A stretch of 64,000 bases of DNA from Acidobacteriota bacterium (GTDB taxonomy: Bacteria > Acidobacteriota > Polarisedimenticolia > Polarisedimenticolales > JAIQFR01). Below the pieces are notes generated by a model. That model had not been told where the DNA came from. It did not search any database and saw only the letters and a list, made by a program, of their open reading frames with translations. Shown piece by piece: positions 1 through 6,144 of the stretch; the stretch's first letter is position 1; the number at the start of each line of letters is the position of its first letter. A program made the position numbers and the translations under genes. The stretch is from NCBI GenBank assembly GCA_041494445.1, contig JBGQAU010000002.1:16793-80792 (forward strand). Direction: 5' to 3'.

Positions 1-512
1 CACGGAGGGGAACGCTCCGCCAGGACCTCCCGGAGCAACTCGCGGAATCGGTCGCACTCGTGCTGGGCCTCACCGTCGTCAACGAATATCTCGCCGGCCG
101 CGGGCCCGACAAGGACGAGCGGTGGGCCGCGTGGGCGCTCCGAAAGCTGGTGGTGTTTCCGTTCGCCGTGCTCCCATTCCCGCTGCGCGAGGCGGGCTCC
201 ATGCTCGAGGCGAAGCTCCGGGGCCGCGGCCGCGGGCAGGCGAGGACCTCGCCGGCGCTCGAGCTCCTGACGAAGACGTGGGAGGCGGGGGCGGACGCCT
301 GGGACATCGTCACCGGGCCGCCACGACGCCGGGCGCAAGCGCTCGAGCAGGCGGCCGAGGTCGCGGCGACGTGGGCAGGGCTTCCGGTCGCTCAACCCAG
401 GCTCACGGGCCATTACCTGTGGGATGTCTACAAGGGCCGGGAACACCCGGACTCGGCGTGGCAATTCATGCGAGGCGTCCTGTACGGCTCCAAGAGGAAA
501 AAGGGCCGATAG
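1..512 (+). CDS. hypothetical protein of the element (5' end probably outside window)
   Basis: The frame of the listed 60..512 ORF stays open back to base 3. No recognisable motif. Stop is TAG at 510-512. Confidence 0.35.
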   Translation, partial: RRGTLRQDLPEQLAESVALVLGLTVVNEYLAGRGPDKDERWAAWALRKLVVFPFAVLPFPLREAGSMLEAKLRGRGRGQARTSPALELLTKTWEAGADAWDIVTGPPRRRAQALEQAAEVAATWAGLPVAQPRLTGHYLWDVYKGREHPDSAWQFMRGVLYGSKRKKGR

Positions 513-518
513 CAGGAT

Positions 519-532
519 TGCAGACGTCTGCA
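519..532. repeat. perfect 14-bp palindrome TGCAGACGTCTGCA (candidate operator or short hairpin)
   Basis: Read directly: TGCAGAC/GTCTGCA is self-complementary. It lies 7 nt after the stop of the preceding ORF. Confidence 0.6.
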
Positions 533-661
533 CACCCGAAACGAGGGCCCAGGATGGCTCAGGATCGACGCTCGCGAGGTGGGCAGTACGATCGGACGTC
601 CCATTCTGTCGAGCCCCGCCGGCGGGCGGCGGAGGGAGGGGACGTGCGAGCGAGAAGGCGC

Positions 662-690
662 TTGACGTGGGGCCAGGTGGGGAGTAAGTT
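662..690 (+). promoter_or_regulatory. candidate sigma70-type promoter for the small-ORF/xis/int module
   Basis: TTGACG (662-667), a 17-nt spacer, then TAAGTT (685-690), inside a 350-bp non-coding gap upstream of the coupled ORF chain. Confidence 0.35.
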
Positions 691-864
691 CTCCTCGAAA
701 ACGGCCCCGCACCCGGTAGGAGCCGGGCGCGGGACCTGACCCGAAACGGTGAGGTTAACACCGATGCGGGCTGCGCGAATCGTACCAGACTCCTCCAACA
801 GCGCGAAGCCCCCGCGATGCCTCCTCGCCGTCCATCTGCGCCCACGCGGCGCGAGGAGGATCCG

Positions 865-1134
865 ATGCCGAAGAAGACGTCCATCCTGAAGCAGGCTCCC
901 CAACCGACTCCGGAGCAGCACCTCGCCGGGTGCGCCGAGAACCTGGCCTACTCCGCGAACATCCTCCTGGCGGGGGCCCAGCTGTTCGGCACGATCGTGG
1001 ACCGGGCGCGGGACTGCAAGGATCGAGAGACCGCCGACGCCATGATCGAGTTCCAGAGGTGCGGTTTCGACGCGGCGGCCATCAGGGTTGGCGAGGACCT
1101 GGACGAATACCAGAAGGCCCTGGCGGAGGCGTGA
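865..1134 (+). CDS. hypothetical protein (89 aa)
   Basis: ATG at 865 is preceded by GAGGAGGA. It is part of the listed 817..1134 ORF. The stop lies 2 nt before the next start. Confidence 0.45.
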   Translation: MPKKTSILKQAPQPTPEQHLAGCAENLAYSANILLAGAQLFGTIVDRARDCKDRETADAMIEFQRCGFDAAAIRVGEDLDEYQKALAEA

Positions 1135-1136
1135 CG

Positions 1137-1394
1137 ATGGGAGACCTCATCAGGTTCCCGGAGCGAAAGACCCCGCGCCACCGAACTGCGGAGGAGCGAA
1201 CCAACGCGACCTTTGACGCGATCGGACCGCCAGCCTGCGTCGTGTGTCCGATCCTCGCAACATGCAAGACCCTTTGTGCAGGAATGCTGGAGTGGGCGAG
1301 ACGGTCCGACGCGATCGAGGAGGCAGCGGAGGCGGCCGCAGCGCAACCGCGGCGCCCACGACGGTCCACGAATCCGGAAGGGAAGGGGGCATAA
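1137..1394 (+). CDS. small Cys4 protein (85 aa), paralogue of the next gene
   Basis: MGDLIRFPE... with C-x2-CP-x4-C-x3-C (CVVCPILATCKTLC). Ends ...NPEGKGA. In frame with listed ORF 930..1394. Confidence 0.55.
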   Translation: MGDLIRFPERKTPRHRTAEERTNATFDAIGPPACVVCPILATCKTLCAGMLEWARRSDAIEEAAEAAAAQPRRPRRSTNPEGKGA

Positions 1395-1395
1395 C
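1372..1395 (+). repeat. 24-nt direct repeat copy 1 (ATCCGGAAGGGAAGGGGGCATAAC), forming gene end, SD and next start
   Basis: Identical to 1590..1613. Contains the purine-rich GGAAGGGAAGGGGG just upstream of the next start codon. Confidence 0.9.
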
Positions 1396-1396
1396 C

Positions 1397-1612
1397 ATGG
1401 GAACCGTGATTCCTTTTCCTGTGAAGACCGCGGCGCCCGTCGAAACCCTGGCCGAGGCGGGCTGGCGCTGCCTTCTGTGTCCGACCGCGAAAGACTGCCA
1501 GGAGTTCTGCCCCCCGGTCCACGAAGCGATGGTCATTCATACGCGAGCGGAAGCCCGGCGCGAGGTGATGCGGCCGCGACCGCCGGAGGATCCGGAAGGG
1601 AAGGGGGCATAA
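1397..1612 (+). CDS. small Cys4 protein (71 aa), paralogue of the previous gene
   Basis: MGTVIPFPV... with C-x2-CP-x4-C-x3-C (CLLCPTAKDCQEFC). Ends ...DPEGKGA. In frame with listed ORF 1244..1612. Confidence 0.55.
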   Translation: MGTVIPFPVKTAAPVETLAEAGWRCLLCPTAKDCQEFCPPVHEAMVIHTRAEARREVMRPRPPEDPEGKGA

Positions 1613-1613
1613 C
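1590..1613 (+). repeat. 24-nt direct repeat copy 2
   Basis: Identical to 1372..1395. Immediately followed by the GTG start at 1614. Confidence 0.9.
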
Positions 1614-1859
1614 GTGAACCGCAAACTCGACCCCGTCTACCTGACAGAGGCGGAATTGGCCAGGCGGTGGTGTGCGTCGCGATCAACGATTCAGCGGCTC
1701 GCTCGCGCAGGTCAGCTTCCGCACTTCATCCGGCCGGCGCCGCCCGGCGGCCAGCCCCGCCGGCTTTACCGAATCGCTGATATCGAGGCGCTCGAGGCCG
1801 ACGGCTACCAGGACGCCGCGGCATTGGCGTTCCGGGCGCCGAGGAAGGGAAGGGGGTGA
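1614..1859 (+). CDS. excisionase / AlpA-like helix-turn-helix DNA-binding protein
   Basis: 81 aa with LTEAELARRWCASRSTIQRLARAGQLP (HTH-like). Sits directly upstream of the integrase. Confidence 0.6.
   Translation: MNRKLDPVYLTEAELARRWCASRSTIQRLARAGQLPHFIRPAPPGGQPRRLYRIADIEALEADGYQDAAALAFRAPRKGRG
1843..1856 (+). repeat. third, partial copy of the purine-rich core GGAAGGGAAGGGGG
   Basis: Same 14-nt core as in 1376..1389 and 1594..1607, 4 nt upstream of the integrase ATG at 1861. Confidence 0.85.
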
Positions 1860-1860
1860 C

Positions 1861-2988
1861 ATGGCCGTCTACAGTCGAGGGGAACAGTGCTGGATCGACT
1901 TCTACTATGCGGGCAAGCGGTACAGGCGACCCGCGGGCACGAACGGGAAGGAGGCTCGGAAGGCGCTCGACCGGATCAAGGGAGATATCGCGTCCGGCGA
2001 CTTCGATCCCGCGGACCTCGATCCACAGCCGGAGGAGCTCGGTGTGCTCTTCGAGAAGGCGCTCGACCTGTACATCGAGCACCGCGAGGCGCAGGGGAAG
2101 CAGCGGGCCTCGTATCTCTACCTGGACCGCCTGTGGCGCGAGGTGCTCAAGGGCCGGCCCGTCCGGGAGATCACGTCGGAGGAGATCGAGATGCACCTCT
2201 CGACGTGGGGCGAGGACCGAGACTGGGCACCGGCGACCAGGAACTCGACACTCATGCAGCTCTCCGGCTTCCTCTCGTACTGCTATGGCCGGCGGTGGAT
2301 TGAGAGTCACCCGACCGAGAAAGGGCGCGTGCCACTCCTGGCCGTGGACAACTGCCGCGAGCGGTGGCTTACTCTCGCGGAAATCGAGACGCTCATCGAG
2401 AAGGCGCCGGAGTACATGAAGCCGATGATCCGCTTCGCGTGCTGCACGGCGATGCGCCTCGGCGAAATCTGCACCTTGACCCGCGCCTCGTACCAGAAGG
2501 CCGAGGACGGGAAGCCCTACCTCGTGACCGAGCGGACCAAGAACGGCGAACGCCTCGTGTGGCCCCTGGAGGGATGGGCGAAAGAGTACGTCGAGGCCCG
2601 CGTCGATGATCTGCCGTTCCCGGGGTCGCACCTGTTCGCCGGGCCGGATGGCGAGGCCGCGAGGGAGGGGATACTCCGCGGCTTCCAGGCCGTCGTCGAG
2701 GCGGCCGGCTTCGAGTACGGGCGCACCCGGCAGGGGATCACGTTCCATTCCCTGCGGAGGACGGCCGCGACCCTGGCCCTCAACGCCGGAGTCCCGGAGC
2801 ACGTCGTGCAGAAACTCGGGAACTGGAAGGACCGCGGGATGGTCGCGTTGTACGCGAGGGTCTCGGACGTGACGCTCCGAGATGCCGCGGGAAAGCTCGC
2901 GGGGCTCATCGGCGGTAGTCACAAGGTGGTCACAATCGACCGAGAGGCGCGCGAAGCTGGCGCCGCGAGGATCGGCGCAAGTGCTTGA
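1861..2988 (+). CDS. tyrosine recombinase / phage-type integrase
   Basis: The N-terminal SAM-like region and the C-terminal catalytic region carry AMRLGEI (Arg), HSLRRTAAT (H-x-x-R) and a terminal LYARV Tyr. Adjacent to a tRNA. Confidence 0.9.
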   Translation: MAVYSRGEQCWIDFYYAGKRYRRPAGTNGKEARKALDRIKGDIASGDFDPADLDPQPEELGVLFEKALDLYIEHREAQGKQRASYLYLDRLWREVLKGRPVREITSEEIEMHLSTWGEDRDWAPATRNSTLMQLSGFLSYCYGRRWIESHPTEKGRVPLLAVDNCRERWLTLAEIETLIEKAPEYMKPMIRFACCTAMRLGEICTLTRASYQKAEDGKPYLVTERTKNGERLVWPLEGWAKEYVEARVDDLPFPGSHLFAGPDGEAAREGILRGFQAVVEAAGFEYGRTRQGITFHSLRRTAATLALNAGVPEHVVQKLGNWKDRGMVALYARVSDVTLRDAAGKLAGLIGGSHKVVTIDREAREAGAARIGASA

Positions 2989-2996
2989 TTCTCTTA

Positions 2997-3084
2997 TGGT
3001 GCCGAAGGCCGGACTCGAACCGGCACGGGCTTAGGCCCACTAGATCCTGAATCTAGCGCGTCTACCAAATTCCGCCACTTCGGC
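2997..3084 (-). tRNA. tRNA-Leu(CAG), class II with long variable arm, CCA encoded
   Basis: The reverse complement folds as acceptor GCCGAAG/CTTCGGC, anticodon stem CTAGA/TCTAG with loop TTCAGGA, T arm GCCGG-TTCGAGT-CCGGC, then ACCA. Confidence 0.9.
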
Positions 3085-3191
3085 GAACCGTGCGGCGATA
3101 AACTACCAACCCCGGGACGCCCGTGTCAACAAGAAGCGCGCCGGCGCGATCGCCCGCGCGTGAGCCGATGCTCCGGGAAAAGCGAGGTTTC

Positions 3192-5450
3192 ATGCCGCAC
3201 GACAGGCCGGCGGTCCCCGATCGGGAGACCGTGGAGAAGGCCGTCCTCGACCATCTCCGCGAGCCCGGGTACCGGCCCGCGTCCCTCCGCGAGATCATCG
3301 ACTGGCTCCACGTGCCCCGCAAGGACCGGCCGGCCTACCGGGGCGCGGTGCGGGCCCTCCTGGTCTCCGGGCGGGTCGTTCACGTCGAGGGGCGGAAGCT
3401 CGCGGCCGTCGAGGAACGCACCGCCCGCGGCCGGATCCACGTCCACCCGCGAGGCTTCGGGTTCGTCCGCACCGACGACCCGGGGAAGGACGTGTTCATC
3501 CCGCCCCGGCGCCTCGGCGGCGCGCACCACGGCGATTCGGTGGAGGTGAGGATCCTCGGAACCGACCGCGAGGGGAGGCCCGAGGGCGAGGTCACCGACG
3601 TCGTGGATCGCAGGGGACGGCGCGTTCAGGGGCTCTTCCGGGCCCGCGACCGCGGAGGTCTCGTCCAGCCGTTCGACCCGTCGGCGCCGTCCGACATCTC
3701 GATCCCGGGATCGTTCCGGATGGACGCCGAGGACGGTGACGCGGTGGAGGTCCTGGTCCTGCGGCCCGGCGCCGCCGGCGCGCCGTCCGAGGGAAAGGTG
3801 GTCGAGGTCTTCGGCCGATTGGGCGACCCGGGCGTGGACACGATGGTGGTCGCGCGCCGCCACGAGCTCAGGACCGAGTTTCCCGAGGACGTTCTCGCGG
3901 CGGCGCGGCGGCTGCCGGACGCGGTCCCGGCCGCGGAGGCGGCGCACCGGGAGCGGTTCGACGATCCCGCTCCGGTGACGATCGACGGGGAGACCGCGCG
4001 GGATTTCGACGACGCGATCGCGGTGGTCGCGCTGCCGGGCGGCGGGTTCCGGCTCTTCGTTCACATCGCGGACGTGGCGTTCTTCGTCCGGCCGGGGGAC
4101 ACACTCGACGTCGAGGCGAGGGAGCGGGGCACGAGCGTCTACTTTCCCGACCGGGTGTTCCCGATGTTCCCCGAGAAGCTGTCGAACGATCTCTGCTCGC
4201 TCCGCCCCGGCGAGGACCGGCTGGTCCAGTCGGCGGTCCTCGACCTCAACCCGCGCGGGGAGGTGCGGGACGTCCGCTTCGCCGACGGGGTGATACGGTC
4301 GGCGGCGCGCCTCACGTACACGCAGGTGGCCGCGGTCCTCGACGGGAACGAGCCTGCCGCGCGGATTCCGAAGCGGGTCGCGGCGATGCTAGAGACCGCC
4401 GACCGGCTGCGGGACCTCCTGGAGCGGCGTCGCGCCGCGCGGGGCAGCATCGACTTCGACCTCCCCGAGCCGCGGATTCTCCTCGACGTCGAGGGGGCGA
4501 TGACCGGCATCGCGATCGAGCCCCGGAACCGCGCCCACCGGATGATCGAGGAGTTCATGCTCCTGGCCAACGAGGCGGTGGCCGGGCACCTCGACGGCGA
4601 GGGAGCGCCGTGCCTCTACCGGATCCACGAGGCGCCCGACCCGACGAAGATCGAGGCGCTGGCGGAGTTCGCCGCGACGTTCGGTCTGGTCCTGGCGTGG
4701 GACCCGGAGGCGGTGAAGCCCCGCGACATCCGGCGCCTCGTGGAGGCCGCGGAGGGGCGGCCCGAGCAGGCGCTCGTGAGCCAGGTCGCGCTCCGCTCGA
4801 TGAAGCAGGCGCGGTACAGCCCGGAGAACGCGGGCCACTTCGGCCTCGCCGCACCCGTGTACGCCCACTTCACCTCGCCGATCCGCCGCTACCCGGACCT
4901 GACGCTCCACCGGATGCTCCGCGCGTTCCGGCGCGGCGACGGGGGGCGCCTCGCGCTCCTCGCCGACGGGCTCGGGGAGCTGGCGGACTCCTGCTCGCGT
5001 CTGGAGCGCGAGGCCGAGGCCGCGGAGCGCGAGCTTCTCGAGTGGAAGAAGGTCGCGTTCATGAAGGGGAAGGAGGGGCAGGCGTTTGCCGGGATCGTCA
5101 CCGGGATCGCCCGGTTCGGCCTCTTCGTGCAGATCCTGGAGACGCTGGCCGAGGGGCTCCTGCGCGTCGAGGGGCTCGGGGACGAGCGGTTCGAGTTCGT
5201 GGAGAAGAGGATGGAGTTTCGCGGCGAGCGCACCGGCGCGACGTACCGGCTGGGAGACACGCTCTCGGTCGTCGTGGACCGGGTGGACCCCGTGCTGAGA
5301 CGACTCGATCTCTCCCTTCCGCCCGGGAGCCGGGCGCCCGGGGAGCGGAGCGGCGGGAGGCGTCGCAATCTGCGGGCGGCTTCGCCGCACGGGCGGGAGA
5401 GGCGCGGGCCGGGCGGCAAGGGCAAGGGGGGCGGCGGGAGGCGGCGGTGA
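3192..5450 (+). CDS. rnr: ribonuclease R (RNase II/VacB family, S1 domain, basic C-terminal tail)
   Basis: Cold-shock-like N-terminal domains, an RNB core (DFDDAI..., GHFGL...YAHFTSPIRRYPD), a C-terminal S1-like segment and a Gly/Arg/Lys tail. Alternative in-frame starts at 3123 and 3168. Confidence 0.9.
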   Translation: MPHDRPAVPDRETVEKAVLDHLREPGYRPASLREIIDWLHVPRKDRPAYRGAVRALLVSGRVVHVEGRKLAAVEERTARGRIHVHPRGFGFVRTDDPGKDVFIPPRRLGGAHHGDSVEVRILGTDREGRPEGEVTDVVDRRGRRVQGLFRARDRGGLVQPFDPSAPSDISIPGSFRMDAEDGDAVEVLVLRPGAAGAPSEGKVVEVFGRLGDPGVDTMVVARRHELRTEFPEDVLAAARRLPDAVPAAEAAHRERFDDPAPVTIDGETARDFDDAIAVVALPGGGFRLFVHIADVAFFVRPGDTLDVEARERGTSVYFPDRVFPMFPEKLSNDLCSLRPGEDRLVQSAVLDLNPRGEVRDVRFADGVIRSAARLTYTQVAAVLDGNEPAARIPKRVAAMLETADRLRDLLERRRAARGSIDFDLPEPRILLDVEGAMTGIAIEPRNRAHRMIEEFMLLANEAVAGHLDGEGAPCLYRIHEAPDPTKIEALAEFAATFGLVLAWDPEAVKPRDIRRLVEAAEGRPEQALVSQVALRSMKQARYSPENAGHFGLAAPVYAHFTSPIRRYPDLTLHRMLRAFRRGDGGRLALLADGLGELADSCSRLEREAEAAERELLEWKKVAFMKGKEGQAFAGIVTGIARFGLFVQILETLAEGLLRVEGLGDERFEFVEKRMEFRGERTGATYRLGDTLSVVVDRVDPVLRRLDLSLPPGSRAPGERSGGRRRNLRAASPHGRERRGPGGKGKGGGGRRR

Positions 5451-5878
5451 GCGGCGAGGTCCCCTGGTACCGCCTGATCGACCACTCGGGGGACATCGCG
5501 ATGCTGGTGCGCGCGGCGACGCTCCCCGCGCTCTACGACGCGGCGGCGCGGGCGCTGTTCGACGTGATCCTCGACGTCCGGACCGTCGAGCCGCGGGAGC
5601 GGCTCGACATCGGCGTCGAGGGCGCCGTGGATGCGGAAGACCTGCTGGTGCGCTTCCTGTCGGAGCTGCTGTTCCTGCACGACTCGCGCGGCTGGCTCTT
5701 CCGTGGCGCCGAGATCCTCGACATGGGTCCCGATCGCCTGCACGCCTCGGCGATCGGGGAGCCTTTCGATCCCGCCCGCCACGCGATCCAGCGGGAGATC
5801 AAGGCGGTGACGTACCACCACCTCTTGCTGTCCGAGGACGCGGAGGGGTGGTCGGCGCGCCTCGTGCTGGATCTTTAG
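5447..5878 (+). CDS. archease (RtcB cofactor/chaperone family)
   Basis: HSGDIA near the N-terminus, KAVTYHHL near the C-terminus, and a ...LVLDL end, all typical of archease. The GTG start overlaps the rnr stop (GTGA). Confidence 0.85.
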   Translation: MSGEVPWYRLIDHSGDIAMLVRAATLPALYDAAARALFDVILDVRTVEPRERLDIGVEGAVDAEDLLVRFLSELLFLHDSRGWLFRGAEILDMGPDRLHASAIGEPFDPARHAIQREIKAVTYHHLLLSEDAEGWSARLVLDL

Positions 5879-5889
5879 ACGCAAATGGG

Positions 5890-5919
5890 TTCAAATCCAT
5901 GACGCATATGCAGTATAGT
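5890..5919 (+). promoter_or_regulatory. candidate promoter in the AT-richer patch upstream of the cytochrome cluster
   Basis: TTCAAA (5890-5895), an 18-nt spacer, then TATAGT (5914-5919). This is the only clearly AT-richer stretch between archease and the giant cytochrome gene. Confidence 0.25.
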
Positions 5920-6144
5920 AGACTCGTATTGTCGTCAAATTCCCCAGTGACCTTGTGCGAATAGTCGCAGCGCTTCCCGCTACCGCCACCGCCGAGACGT
6001 TGGCAGCATGAAAGTTGACGAATTCTGCAACATCCGGAGCGGCAATAGGGTCCGAGGCGGGGGGCGAGCCGCCGTCGAAGGAGCGCACGGTTTTTGCACA
6101 TCGGCCGTCTCTGGCGGGATAACTCTGGGAGGAGGCCAAAGAGC

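Larger units (their letters stand above)
1..2996. mobile_element. integrase-proximal end of an integrative element (phage- or ICE-like) inserted at tRNA-Leu(CAG); the other end lies outside the window
   Basis: A tyrosine integrase gene ends 9 nt from the 3' end of a tRNA gene. It is preceded by an excisionase-like HTH gene and a chain of tightly coupled small ORFs of unknown function. Confidence 0.55.

Noticed and set aside
5885-5900. tRNA T-arm-like sequence ATGGGTTCAAATCCAT just after archease, as a possible att remnant for the cytochrome block
   Set aside because: The stem is imperfect (ATGGG versus CCAT, one C missing). No acceptor or anticodon arm can be folded from the flanks, and no matching repeat is seen at the other junction (19439-19567). 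It is kept only as a weak hint.
6001-6018. Sigma54-like TGGCAG...TTGA upstream of the giant cytochrome gene
   Set aside because: The GG-to-TTG spacing is 3 nt longer than the strict -24/-12 geometry, and the -12 element is TTGA rather than TTGC.
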